A DNA stretch of 64,000 bases from Candidatus Gottesmanbacteria bacterium RIFCSPLOWO2_01_FULL_42_22 (GCA_001779315.1 MFJU01000042.1:747-64746), one strand, 5' to 3'; shown: positions 1-9,514, counted from the first letter of the stretch. Notes: generated from the letters alone by a model not told the origin. Numbers and translations are program-made.

Positions 1-89
1 ATTCATGTTAATATATTATAAAACTTACCAAGCTATTGATCCACACAAAGAATGGATGTTCATAACATAAAAAATGTTGAAATTAGAAT

Positions 90-156
90 AGAATAGTCCG
101 AAAATCGTCTTTTTAGTCCTCGTAGCTTTAGCGAAGTGGACCATCAGGGATGCCGA
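90..156. repeat. Degenerate family-B boundary site interrupted by a hairpin insertion (116-141)
   Basis: Minus strand reads KDDFRTILF*; CAGGGATG follows; core poorly preserved. Confidence 0.35.
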
Positions 157-217
157 GTTTTTTTAGAGCTTCATAACTGTCTAAATAGTTAACTTCTCCA
201 TTTGTTATAATAATTTC

Positions 218-703
218 ATGAATAAAAAACAACCTATCGCTTATGTTATTTGCGGATTTATCGGAGCAGGTAAGACGACTTTTGCCAGAAAACTGGAAAA
301 GGAAACAAAAGCAATAAGAATTACTAAAGACGAATGGATAATAAAAATTTTCGGAAATAAAATAACGTCAGACAAAAACTTTGAAGTGTATGACAAAAAT
401 ATAACTGAGTTGGCAACGAATATTGCTTTCAAAATTCTGAAAGCCGGTAAAGATGTGATTTTAGATGAAGGTTTTTGGGTTAAATCCCAAAGAGATGATA
501 TAAAGAAGAAAATACTTCAAGTAGGAGCAAAGCCAATTTTTTATTATGTCGAAACCTCGGTAGAGAAAATGAAAGAAAGGGTTATTAACCGAAGCAATAA
601 TCCCACAAAAGATTCATTTGAAATAAATGAAGAAATGTTTGATAAATATTTAAAATATTGGGAACCACCAAAGAAAGAAGAAGGTATTCTTTTAGCTGCT
701 TAA
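218..703 (+). CDS. P-loop kinase / AAA_33-family protein
   Basis: Walker A GFIGAGKTT, ILDEGFW motif; TGnTATAAT just upstream. Confidence 0.8.
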   Translation: MNKKQPIAYVICGFIGAGKTTFARKLEKETKAIRITKDEWIIKIFGNKITSDKNFEVYDKNITELATNIAFKILKAGKDVILDEGFWVKSQRDDIKKKILQVGAKPIFYYVETSVEKMKERVINRSNNPTKDSFEINEEMFDKYLKYWEPPKKEEGILLAA

Positions 704-740
704 CGAATTAAAGTTCGGATTGCTTCAGCTAGGGGAAGCG
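701..740. repeat. Family-B boundary site
   Basis: AAAGTTCGGATTGCTTCAGCTAGGGGAAGCG; minus strand reads SLPLAEAIRTLIR*. Confidence 0.55.
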
Positions 741-784
741 AGAATTAAGTATAGATTGTCACAACGATCTAGTATATTAGAAAG

Positions 785-1660
785 TCAATCTTTAGAAGCA
801 ATAAAATCTCGCAGTTTTTCCGCAGTATTAAAATCAGGATTGACCGACAATGCTGCTGCAACCCTTGCTGTCATTAATGCCTTATCCATGGGATTTAAAA
901 CATCAGGAAAGTCCATTCTTGATGCTTCTTCTTGCATTTCTGATCCAGGAAATCCATTCAGAAATGCTGCGATTTGATCATGTACAAGTTCAACATTACA
1001 TACAACATCCCTTCTTATTTTTGCAGTAGGTGAACTTAACAAGCTGTTATTTTCTTCAGATGCAGGAGATATAAACCGTCCGGTTTCCAGCTGAATTTTA
1101 TCAAGTTGATCCAAAGTTAATCGTGATTTGGTTCTCGGTTGCTCAGTTGGTACATTTTCCGCAATTTTAAAATCACCTTTAAGCACTCCGGCATCTTTTA
1201 ATTGATCAATTACCTGCTGAACTTTTTGTCGAGCAAGAGGAGAATTATTTAGTAATTCTATAAGTGTTCTTGGGTGAACTTGAAAATAGGTCGCCATTCC
1301 CAAATTAAATTTAAAATCACAACTTCTCAGTATGATATGTTCCGGATCGGACTTACTTGTCTCAACAAGGAGAGCATCTGGTATTTTTAAGGATCCTGCT
1401 TGTTTTTTAACTGCCTGATCTACATCCAACGAAATTATATGGCTTATTTCATGATCACCTTCTAATCTAAGAGCAAATCGAGCAAGCTCTGGTTGTGACC
1501 GAAATTCTTCCAGTCGAGGAAGGCACACTCTTTCTTCCCATGCCTTACCTATCCAGTTGCTGAATCCATTTCCTTTTGCATCAGCAGCTTCTCTTAACGC
1601 TTTTAATCCTTGTTGTCCAAAATGGACTTCTACTTTTCCTTCTGGTGATGAACTTAACAT
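785..1660 (-). CDS. Hypothetical protein, possible PD-(D/E)xK nuclease fold
   Basis: 291-aa ORF; E...IPDALLV...CDFK pattern. Confidence 0.55.
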   Translation of the reverse strand: MLSSSPEGKVEVHFGQQGLKALREAADAKGNGFSNWIGKAWEERVCLPRLEEFRSQPELARFALRLEGDHEISHIISLDVDQAVKKQAGSLKIPDALLVETSKSDPEHIILRSCDFKFNLGMATYFQVHPRTLIELLNNSPLARQKVQQVIDQLKDAGVLKGDFKIAENVPTEQPRTKSRLTLDQLDKIQLETGRFISPASEENNSLLSSPTAKIRRDVVCNVELVHDQIAAFLNGFPGSEMQEEASRMDFPDVLNPMDKALMTARVAAALSVNPDFNTAEKLRDFIASKD

Positions 1661-1799
1661 ATTTCAAAATTATTACTTAATCTATTTATAATTCAAAACT
1701 CACAATATGACAATAATTACCAGGATTCAAAAGTGGTTCGAAAATCGTCAAAGAATCAAGTTCTTTGTAAACCCATCCCGGAAGCTAAACCTGAGTATA

Positions 1800-1866
1800 A
1801 AAAATTCAAACATCGTCCATCCCTCGGAGCAATTTCAACGGTTTTCTATGGAATTCTTCGGATTTT
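1800..1866. repeat. Family-B boundary site with right-arm 10-bp repeats (second partial arm at ~1716-1754)
   Basis: Minus strand LLRGMDDV*IF; CGGAGCA core then ATTTCAACGG TTTTCTATGG AATTCTTCGG; ~1716-1754 reads FFDDFRTTFESW*. Confidence 0.6.
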
Positions 1867-1913
1867 ATTTTTTACCACATTTTCATCCGTGAATAATTTG
1901 TTAAAATAACAAT

Positions 1914-2525
1914 ATGAACAAAATAAAAGTTACCTCTGGGATGGCAATGTCCCTTGATGGGTTCACTGCTGGCCTAAATCAAAGTTTCGAAAAACCATTT
2001 GGAGACAATTTCGATTTAGACTTACTGGAGCGTTGGATGTTTGCTGAGCCGGAAAAGCATAAACATAAAAAAGAAATCGACGCTATTTTGGATGCAGGTG
2101 CGTTCATAATGGGTAATAATATGTTTGGCCCTAAAGACAGAAGAGACAATCCAGAATGGAAAGGGTGGTGGGGTGATAATCCCCCGTATCACGCTCCCGT
2201 TTTTGTGCTCTCCCACAAGGAGCGAGAACCGATAGAAATGGAAGGCGGAACGACATTCTTTTTTGTGACTGACGGTATTGAATCTGCTCTTTTACAAGCG
2301 AAAGAAGCAGCAGGTAATCGGAATGTAAAGATTAATGGAGGAGCAAATACCGTCAATCAATATTTAAAAGCTGGCTTTATCGATGAGCTATGGTTACATA
2401 TAGTTCCCGTAACCATTGGCGCAGGCACTCGACTTTTTGAGGAAGTGCCTCCTCTCAATCTCGAACCGATTGAAGTGAGTGGGACCAGTATGGTGACACA
2501 CATTAGATACAAAGTTTTAAAATAG
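1914..2525 (+). CDS. Dihydrofolate reductase / RibD C-terminal family protein
   Basis: MSLDGF, GGANTVNQYL, DELWLHIVPV..GAGTRLF motifs. Confidence 0.9.
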   Translation: MNKIKVTSGMAMSLDGFTAGLNQSFEKPFGDNFDLDLLERWMFAEPEKHKHKKEIDAILDAGAFIMGNNMFGPKDRRDNPEWKGWWGDNPPYHAPVFVLSHKEREPIEMEGGTTFFFVTDGIESALLQAKEAAGNRNVKINGGANTVNQYLKAGFIDELWLHIVPVTIGAGTRLFEEVPPLNLEPIEVSGTSMVTHIRYKVLK

Positions 2526-2547
2526 GGATTTCCACTGTATTAGCTTT

Positions 2548-2663
2548 TAGCTTCTTTATTTCATTCCATCTTTGTCTGAGTTCTCCAATATATCGTAAGT
2601 CCTGAAAAGCATGGATAATTGAGGCGTAATCAATAGTTATATTAATCCTAGGGATGGGGAGCA
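2548..2663. repeat. Family-A boundary site A1
   Basis: ...TCCTGAAAA...GGATAATTGA...ATTAATCCTAGGGATGGGGAGCA; minus strand LLPIPRINITIDYASIIHAFQDLRYIGELRQRWNEIKKL. Confidence 0.9.
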
Positions 2664-2739
2664 AGTTAGACCCATAAAATTCCTTGTTGTAACTTTTTAT
2701 TAATAAAAGTATAAAATCCTGATATAATACATAATAATT

Positions 2740-3051
2740 ATGTATACCCTAGATCAGTTATTCACCTTTGGAAATTGGTTTGTGAAACTAGGCAAGGAAG
2801 AAGATTTTAAGAAGGAATGGAAAGAGTTTGCGGACTGGAGTATACGAAATAAACTAGGATCTAATACTCCATATCTCCTCCAAGATATTACCAATGTAAG
2901 ACACTTCATTTCTTTTGGTCCTTGGCCTGATGTACAAACAATCAAAAAATGGCGGCAAACGGAAGAGTTTCAACTTTTTGTAGAAAAAGCAAAAGAACTT
3001 TGCGAGAGATTTGAACCCAACACCCTAAAACTTGTAGCTCTGGGAGAGTAG
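2740..3051 (+). CDS. Antibiotic biosynthesis monooxygenase (ABM)-like protein
   Basis: WFVKLGKEEDF...FISFGPW pattern, 103 aa. Confidence 0.7.
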   Translation: MYTLDQLFTFGNWFVKLGKEEDFKKEWKEFADWSIRNKLGSNTPYLLQDITNVRHFISFGPWPDVQTIKKWRQTEEFQLFVEKAKELCERFEPNTLKLVALGE

Positions 3052-3090
3052 ACTTCATAACTAACATTTTCAGAAATAAAAATCGTTATT

Positions 3091-3228
3091 TTGTAACTTC
3101 TTTATCTCCTCCCACCTCTGCCTCAATTCACCAACCTGCCTGCCGGCAGGCAGGTATACCTTATGTCCTGAAAAACCCGGATAATTGAACTGAAATCTCG
3201 GGTTTATTAATCCTAGGGATGGGGAGTA
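3091..3228. repeat. Family-A boundary site A2 with palindromic insertion (3134-3155)
   Basis: Aligns with A1; contains ACCTGCCTGCCGGCAGGCAGGT; core GGGGAGTA. Confidence 0.9.
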
Positions 3229-3297
3229 AAACAAATAATAATTAATAACCTCAATATTGACATTCTGACAAATTCATCTGTATAATGCAGTATATAC

Positions 3298-3594
3298 ATG
3301 AGGATTCTTAAAGAGCCATTGGAATTTCAGTGGGACAAAGGAAACGTAGGAAAAAGTTATAAGAAACATAAAGTAAAAGACAAAGAAGCGGAAGAGCCAT
3401 TTTTTGATAAAAGACATAAAATCTTCAAGGACAAGCTGCATTCTAAGGGTGAAGAAAGAAACAGAATTGCAGGTAAAACAAAAAAAGGGAGACTTTTATT
3501 TATAGTATTTACCATAAGAGAAAACAGAATAAGGATAATATCTGCTCGTGATATAAATAAAAAGGAGGTGTATCTATATGAAGAAAAGGCTTAA
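3298..3594 (+). CDS. brnT: BrnT family ribonuclease toxin
   Basis: FQWDKGN...HS.GEER...IRIISAR motifs. Confidence 0.9.
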   Translation: MRILKEPLEFQWDKGNVGKSYKKHKVKDKEAEEPFFDKRHKIFKDKLHSKGEERNRIAGKTKKGRLLFIVFTIRENRIRIISARDINKKEVYLYEEKA

Positions 3595-3844
3595 ACTGCC
3601 CGTCTTTAAAAACGAAGACGAAGAAAGAAAATTCTGGGCGAAAGTTGATTTGTCTGAATATTATGATGCTAATGATCTAGAGTTAGTCAGTTTTCCTAAT
3701 TTAAAACCGACAACTAAACCTGTATCAATCAGAATTCCTGAATATTTACTCAACAGAGTTAAAGAGGAGGCAAATGAACTTAATATTCCTTATCAGACAT
3801 TAATTAAACAGTATATTCAAAAAGGTGTTTTTTCTTCTCAATAA
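3578..3844 (+). CDS. brnA: BrnA/CopG-like antitoxin
   Basis: FKNEDEERKFW...SIRIP...IPYQTLIK; overlaps toxin. Confidence 0.85.
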   Translation: MKKRLKLPVFKNEDEERKFWAKVDLSEYYDANDLELVSFPNLKPTTKPVSIRIPEYLLNRVKEEANELNIPYQTLIKQYIQKGVFSSQ

Positions 3845-3867
3845 ATCCGAATTAGGTTAAGAAGGGT

Positions 3868-3935
3868 TCATTTCTTAAAAGTTCGGATAATATCCCACAG
3901 GGGGAGCAATTTCTACGGATTTCTTCGGATTTTTT
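3868..3935. repeat. Family-B boundary site with right arm
   Basis: Minus strand LLPLWDIIRTFKK*; core GGGGAGCA 3901-3908 then TTTCTACGGA TTTCTTCGGA. Confidence 0.75.
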
Positions 3936-4000
3936 ATTTTTATATACTCCATTCGGTTTTCACAGGGTTCAAACTTGGGTATTGTTATAATACTTGATAA

Positions 4001-4699
4001 ATGCTTCTTAATGCTAAACCTCTAATCTCTTGCGTTATTCCTTTTTGGAATGAAGGCTCTCGTCTCTATGCAGTACTAGATGAGGTAAGTAAAACTAAAA
4101 ATATTTTTGAAGTAATTTGTGTTGATGATGCTTCATATGAAAATAATTCAGATGAAATACGAAAACACTATCCTAATTTTAAACTTCTTCGGCTAAAAAA
4201 GAACTATGGAAAGTCCGGTGCTATCCTTGAAGGATTAAAGATAGTAAAGGGTAATTTAATTTTACTTCTCGATGCCGACATTCGTAACCTTAATCATAAT
4301 GAAATTGAAAAAGCAATAAAAATTGTCCAACAAAATCCAGACGTAGACATGCTTATCTTAAGAAGAATTAAAGCACCATTATTTGTAAAACTTACTCGAG
4401 GTGATGTTTTGGCATCAGGAGAAAGAATTGTTAAATTAAATTACTTGATGAATGTTTTAAAAAATTCAACGAAAGGATGGGAGCTTGAATCAAAAATAAA
4501 TCTGTTTATGTTTAATAATAATAAGAAAGTTTACTGGTTTCCACATTCTGGGATTAATACTCATTGGAAATGGGGCATAAAAGCGGATTTTAAATATCAT
4601 AAGAAAAAGATAGCTGATATTTACTCAATCGGTTTTACTAATCTACTTAAATTATTCTTATTTTTTGGAAAAGAAGAAGTAAAATACCAAAAAATCTAA
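4001..4699 (+). CDS. Glycosyltransferase family 2
   Basis: SCVIPFWNE, VDDAS, LLDAD motifs. Confidence 0.9.
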   Translation: MLLNAKPLISCVIPFWNEGSRLYAVLDEVSKTKNIFEVICVDDASYENNSDEIRKHYPNFKLLRLKKNYGKSGAILEGLKIVKGNLILLLDADIRNLNHNEIEKAIKIVQQNPDVDMLILRRIKAPLFVKLTRGDVLASGERIVKLNYLMNVLKNSTKGWELESKINLFMFNNNKKVYWFPHSGINTHWKWGIKADFKYHKKKIADIYSIGFTNLLKLFLFFGKEEVKYQKI

Positions 4700-4756
4700 G
4701 AATATAAAAAATTGAAAGTTAGACTGTTTTGGAAAAGATAATCTCGCAAGTAGTTT

Positions 4757-4822
4757 TCAGTTCTGATAATGACCGATTGGGGGAGTAATTTCTACGGATT
4801 TCTCCGTTTTTCTTCGGATTTT
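4757..4822. repeat. Family-B boundary site with right arm
   Basis: Minus strand LLPQSVIIRT; core GGGGAGTA 4780-4787 then three 10-bp units. Confidence 0.7.
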
Positions 4823-4868
4823 ATAAATTAATATACAATTATATACTTATCACCTATAATAACCCTTA

Positions 4869-6032
4869 ATGTTAAGAAAAGTATTCCCATTGATATTATT
4901 TTTACTTATTACAACTCCTGTTCAGGCTGTTAGTTGGCCGCCTGAGGTCAAACCGGAACAGGGAAGAGCATCCGGTACGCTAGGAATCGGGGATGATGAC
5001 AAGCTAAACGTCACCATCGACTTTTGGAATGTGGGGGTGGTGGGCGGCGGTGATTACGGGAAAGTCATAGTTGACCTCGGATGTACGCAAAAAACTATTG
5101 GTGATGGGTGGCAATGTGTAGCAGATGATGAGCCTCCTGAAATTGGAACTTTTAGCGGTGGGCCTAATGGGGAAATTACCATAAACGGAGAAACAAGCAT
5201 CCAACTGGTTAATGGAACTTATTTTAAATCTAATCTTGATAAAACATTCCAGGCAACTGTAGAGAATCCTGAAATATTTTCAAAATACAGATGGAGTATG
5301 GATGAATCGGTTCCGATCCCCGAAATTAAGGAAGGGAAATATGAGGTAGAAACCGCCGGTGCTGCAGTATTTAATGATCTTTATGGGCAGGTGGAAGTTA
5401 ATATTCCTCGTCCGGACGGAACCTATGATGAAGAGGAATGGAATCTAGCTAAAATAGACATGAAGTTGCCACCCGGCACGCGCATTAAAGTGAGTGAAAA
5501 AAGCGGTTTGATGCTTGCATTCACCGATAATCAAACAAATATTACCGTAGGACCGGAAACAGAAATCGTGCTGGTTGCAGTGGAACCGCAAGATACCGTG
5601 ATTAAACTGCTGTGGGGGAATCTGAAGGCCAATGTCAAAAAGATGATGAAGGACGGATCAATGGAAGTAGAAATGAGCCAGGCAGTTGCGGGAATTAAAG
5701 GAACCCAATTTATCTTAAATGAGACAAAGACAGAGTCTTCAATTTGGGTTACCGAAGGAACTGTTAAATTCACCAGCAAGAGTACAGGCAAATCGGTGGA
5801 TGTATCCAGAGGAGAAGCAGTAATTGCATCTGCCAAAGGTCTGTCAGAAAAAACAATCTTTGATCCGGTTGAAGAAGAAAAGAAATGGCAGGAGTTTGCA
5901 GATAATTTTAAGAAAACAAATACTTCTATTGCCGGTAATAACAATAGTATGTATATAGTAGTGGGAATTGTTTTTGCTGCTGCAATAATTGGTTTCCTTA
6001 TATTAAAAGTTAGGAAAACTAAGCGAGCTTGA
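4869..6032 (+). CDS. Exported FecR-domain protein with C-terminal membrane anchor
   Basis: Signal peptide; AVAGIKGTQF...VTEGTV FecR-like motif; C-terminal TM helix and basic tail. Confidence 0.75.
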   Translation: MLRKVFPLILFLLITTPVQAVSWPPEVKPEQGRASGTLGIGDDDKLNVTIDFWNVGVVGGGDYGKVIVDLGCTQKTIGDGWQCVADDEPPEIGTFSGGPNGEITINGETSIQLVNGTYFKSNLDKTFQATVENPEIFSKYRWSMDESVPIPEIKEGKYEVETAGAAVFNDLYGQVEVNIPRPDGTYDEEEWNLAKIDMKLPPGTRIKVSEKSGLMLAFTDNQTNITVGPETEIVLVAVEPQDTVIKLLWGNLKANVKKMMKDGSMEVEMSQAVAGIKGTQFILNETKTESSIWVTEGTVKFTSKSTGKSVDVSRGEAVIASAKGLSEKTIFDPVEEEKKWQEFADNFKKTNTSIAGNNNSMYIVVGIVFAAAIIGFLILKVRKTKRA

Positions 6033-6048
6033 GAGAGGAGGCGCGCAA

Positions 6049-6190
6049 TAATTTCCTTATTTCCACCCATCCCTGTCTTAATTCCCCAATATATCTTAAA
6101 TCCTGAAATACCCGGGTAATTGAACTGTAATCTGCGCTTATATTAATCCTAGGGACGGGGAGCACTTTCTACCGATTTCTGCGGATTTTT
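6049..6190. repeat. Family-A boundary site A3 with right arm
   Basis: Minus strand VLPVPRINISADYSSITRVFQDLRYIGELRQGWVEIRKL; core 6157-6164. Confidence 0.9.
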
Positions 6191-6266
6191 TATTTTCATA
6201 AACTCCATTCGGTTTTCACAGGGTTCAAACTTGGGTATTGTTATAATACTTGATAAATGCTTCTTA

Positions 6267-6680
6267 ATGCTAGGGACTAAGGATCCAAAATCTGGATTTA
6301 ATAAAGAGTACGACAGTTTTGAAATGCAGATGGCCAAGCTCAGTGCAAAATTGAAAGGCACGACAGTAGTCGTAAAAGAAGATGGAGAAACCAGCAGCAT
6401 AAAAGTGATCGAAGGTGTGGCAGAAGTCACGGACATACAAACTGGCAAAACAGTTGAGATAAGCGAGGGTAAGATGATTGCCGCGACGGATACAGGCATC
6501 GGCGAGGTACAGGCTTTTGATGTCAACGCTGAAAACGAAAAGTGGCAGGATTTTACAGACGAAATAGGTAAAACAGGTACCAATCAAAAAAACTATCTGT
6601 ATATCTTAGTAATTCCGATAATACTGTTAGCTACTATAATCGCTGTTGTATTAGCATTAAAAAAGAAAAAAAGCGCTTAA
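6267..6680 (+). pseudogene. 5'-truncated FecR-domain paralog fused to a copy of the GT2 cassette leader
   Basis: Homologous to C-terminal third of 4869..6032 (KGT...EG...TGK.V.IS.G...E.EKWQ.F.D + TM); 6202-6272 identical to 3946-4016. Confidence 0.75.
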
Positions 6681-6711
6681 AGAATTTCACTATTTAAAGA
6701 GTGCCTTCAGG

Positions 6712-6855
6712 TTGAAGTTTTTTAATCTCCTCCCACCTCTGTCTCTGCACTCCAATAAACCGAAAATCCTGAAAAACCCGGATAATTAAACTGAATGAAA
6801 TCGCGGGTTTATTAATCCTAGGGACGGGGAGCAATTTCTACGAATTTACTATGGA
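6712..6855. repeat. Family-A boundary site A4
   Basis: Minus strand LLPVPRINKPAISFSLIIRVFQDFRFIGVQRQRWEEIKKLQ; core 6826-6833. Confidence 0.9.
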
Positions 6856-6914
6856 GATTGCTTCTAATTTTTAACTTCCTGATATAATCACCTTATTATT
6901 AACTTCAAAAACTT

Positions 6915-7256
6915 ATGCAATTTCTTGTAATCGGAAAAGACGGCAAAGATGAAAAGGCGCTGGAGCGAAGACTGGTAGCTCGAGAAGCTCATATTAAGTT
7001 GGGTGATGAGATGGAGAAATCAGGTGATCGATGGTATGGAGCGGTTCTTTTGGACGATAACAATAAAATGATAGGGTCTTTGGCAGTGATGGATTTTCCT
7101 TCTGAAAAAGAGTTATATGAATGGCTGAAGCGTGAGCCTTATATAACTGGTAAAGTCTGGGAAACAGTGGAAGTTTATAAATGCAATGTTAAAAATCCCT
7201 GGAAGTTTAGCCGTCCGGAATCTTTCTTTAAGGAAAGAGAAAAACTGAATAAGTAA
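6915..7256 (+). CDS. yciI: YciI family protein
   Basis: RRL..REAH, MIGSL.V.DF.S, EPY motifs. Confidence 0.85.
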   Translation: MQFLVIGKDGKDEKALERRLVAREAHIKLGDEMEKSGDRWYGAVLLDDNNKMIGSLAVMDFPSEKELYEWLKREPYITGKVWETVEVYKCNVKNPWKFSRPESFFKEREKLNK

Positions 7257-7277
7257 ATTTTCAACTGATGCAATATT

Positions 7278-7559
7278 TTACTGATTCAGGCCAAGTTCCT
7301 GTTTTACCTTCTCACTTAATATAATTTTCACCAGAGATTGATAGGGAACGTCTCTTTTGTTAGCCAGAGTTTTAAGAGCCGCAATAAGCGACTCGGGTAA
7401 TCTGATGGAAACCGTTCTGGTTGACGGTTTAAGATTTTGTAAGACCGGATTAATAATAGCCTGACTCATATCAAAATAATCAGTTAAATCATGGCGTGCA
7501 AAGAAATCTCTTTCCTCATCCTCATTTTTAAATTTAGGTAATTTTTTAATTTGTTTCAT
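7278..7559 (-). CDS. brnA: BrnA/CopG-like antitoxin
   Basis: FKNEDEERDFF...SIRLP...VPYQSLVK. Confidence 0.85.
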   Translation of the reverse strand: MKQIKKLPKFKNEDEERDFFARHDLTDYFDMSQAIINPVLQNLKPSTRTVSIRLPESLIAALKTLANKRDVPYQSLVKIILSEKVKQELGLNQ

Positions 7560-7906
7560 TTTGATTTATCACCTCTTTTCTTAATTTGTTTATTGTTTAA
7601 ACTTTCAGCTAATTTATAAGCCAGTTTGTCTTTTTTACCCTGATCCCTTGCCGAAATAATTCTGATTTTGTCTTTTCGAATTGTAAAATATACAGCTAGT
7701 TGTCTGCCTTTGTTAGTTTTACCCAATGCACCCCACCTGTTTTCAGTCTGTGAATGTTGTTTGTTTTCAATGAAAACAAGTGGGTTATTACTGAAAATTT
7801 CTTCACATTCCCGATACTCAACATTATGTTTTGCTTGATTTTTTTTAATATTAGCTTCATCCCAATCAAAACCATGCAACTTATTTAAATCAAAACTTTT
7901 ACTCAT
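7556..7906 (-). CDS. brnT: BrnT family toxin
   Basis: FDWDEAN..KN..KH, HSQTENR, IRIISAR. Confidence 0.9.
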   Translation of the reverse strand: MSKSFDLNKLHGFDWDEANIKKNQAKHNVEYRECEEIFSNNPLVFIENKQHSQTENRWGALGKTNKGRQLAVYFTIRKDKIRIISARDQGKKDKLAYKLAESLNNKQIKKRGDKSK

Positions 7907-7953
7907 AGGCTATTTATGTATACAATGGTACAATACATTTAGCCTCATGTCAA

Positions 7954-8043
7954 GGTATGGATAATAGATGTGTAGTCGATGGTTATATTAATCCTAGGGA
8001 CGGGGAGCAAATTCTATGGATTTCTTTGGGTTTCTTCGGATTT
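7954..8043. repeat. Left-truncated family-A boundary site A5 with right arm
   Basis: Minus strand LLPVPRINITIDYTSIIHT; core 8002-8009; ATTCTATGGA TTTCTTTGGG TTTCTTCGGA. Confidence 0.85.
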
Positions 8044-8054
8044 ATTCGAATTTT

Positions 8055-8393
8055 TCAACCGCTTTTTAATTCACTTTTATAGTACTTCTCAGCAAATTTC
8101 GCGATCTCATTAATAATGGGGAGTATGCCACGCCCTTTTTTAGTTAGTTCATAAACAACTGAAATTTTATCAAGAGTTTCTTCTTTTCTAATGACTATTT
8201 GCTCTTTTTCAAGTTTTTTTAATCTGTCTGCCAGAGTTGTGGGGTTTATGCCAGATATCGACCGTTGAATTTCATTAAACCGCATTGAGCTATTACCTAA
8301 ATTGCTTATTATGCATAAAATCCACGCATCACCAATCATATTGATTGCGTTGTTTAATTCTTCCGGAATATGGCGATTATTACTTGTTGACAT
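8055..8393 (-). CDS. HxlR family transcriptional regulator
   Basis: IGDAW.L.I...RFNEIQ...L.DRLK.LE...V.YELT.KG. Confidence 0.9.
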   Translation of the reverse strand: MSTSNNRHIPEELNNAINMIGDAWILCIISNLGNSSMRFNEIQRSISGINPTTLADRLKKLEKEQIVIRKEETLDKISVVYELTKKGRGILPIINEIAKFAEKYYKSELKSG

Positions 8394-8469
8394 ACTATAA
8401 ATAGTGTAGTACTCTATTTTTTAGACTGCTATAAATTATATACTAAATTTTAGGAATAGTCTAACTCTT

Positions 8470-9408
8470 ATGAAAGCTATACAGATTAATAGATACGGCG
8501 GAAACGATGTTTTGGAACTTAACAATAATGCTCCAAAGCCCACCATAAAACAGGGGCAAATATTACTGGAAAATTACGCAGCCAGCGTAAATCCAATTGA
8601 TTGGAAGTTCCGGGCAGGATATTTGCAGAAAATGGCACCGGTTCCTTTGCCGGTTACTCTTGGAGGGGATTTTGCAGGCAAAATCTCAGAAGTAGGAACA
8701 GGTGTTTCTGAATTTAAGGTAGGTGACGAGGTATACGGGCAAGCAATTATTTTAAATGGTGGTTCCGGATCATTTGCTGAACAAGTTTCAGCAAATGCCG
8801 AAAATACCGCTCTTAAACCAAAAACAGCGAGTTTCGAGGAAGCAGGAGCTTTGCCACTTGTTGGAGTCAGCGCTTTGCAAGCTTTAGGAGAGCATATCAA
8901 ATTGAAAAGTGGGCAAAAAATCCTTGTCCATGGTGGAGCAGGAGGTATTGGACACATGGCGGTCCAATTGGCAAAAGTGTTTGGTGCATATGTTGCAACA
9001 ACCATAAAGACAGATGATGTGGAGTTTGTAAAAAATCTTGGTGCGGATCAAGCGATTGATTACAAAACTCAAAAATTTGAAAATATTCTTAAAGACTTTG
9101 ATGCGGTTTTTGATACAGTAGGTAGTGAAACAACAGATAAATCATTTGGAGTTCTCAAAAAAGGAGGAGTAATTGTATCTATGTTTGGAGAGCCGAATCA
9201 AGAGTTGGCACAAAAATATGGAGTTACTGCTATTGGGCAAGGAACACGAACTGATACTGTTCATTTAGCTCGCATCGCAGAAATTGTTGATAGTGGAAAA
9301 ATAAAAGTGCATCTTGATAAAGTTTTTTCGTTCGAAAACGCGAAAGAAGCATTTATATATCAGGAAGAAGTTCATCCTCGAGGTAAAGTTGTCATAAAAA
9401 TCAAATAA
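8470..9408 (+). CDS. NADP-dependent oxidoreductase (MDR/quinone oxidoreductase family)
   Basis: ASVNPIDWK, GGAGGIG, RGKVVI. Confidence 0.92.
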   Translation: MKAIQINRYGGNDVLELNNNAPKPTIKQGQILLENYAASVNPIDWKFRAGYLQKMAPVPLPVTLGGDFAGKISEVGTGVSEFKVGDEVYGQAIILNGGSGSFAEQVSANAENTALKPKTASFEEAGALPLVGVSALQALGEHIKLKSGQKILVHGGAGGIGHMAVQLAKVFGAYVATTIKTDDVEFVKNLGADQAIDYKTQKFENILKDFDAVFDTVGSETTDKSFGVLKKGGVIVSMFGEPNQELAQKYGVTAIGQGTRTDTVHLARIAEIVDSGKIKVHLDKVFSFENAKEAFIYQEEVHPRGKVVIKIK

Positions 9409-9432
9409 ATACCGGTCTTTTTGTCTTTTTAA

Positions 9433-9470
9433 CCCCATCCCTTCTCAGTCTCAATTCTCCTATATACCTT
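9433..9470. repeat. Eroded family-A arm remnant (no core)
   Basis: CCCATCCCTTCTCAGTCTCAATTCTCCTATATACCTT; minus strand RYIGELR. Confidence 0.55.
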
Positions 9471-9514
9471 GTTGACATCATAGTGGACATACTATATGAT
9501 ATTTACATATAGAT

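Noticed and set aside
1707-1892. 61-aa plus-strand ORF
   Set aside because: Runs across two boundary-site arms and the right-arm repeats; likely spurious
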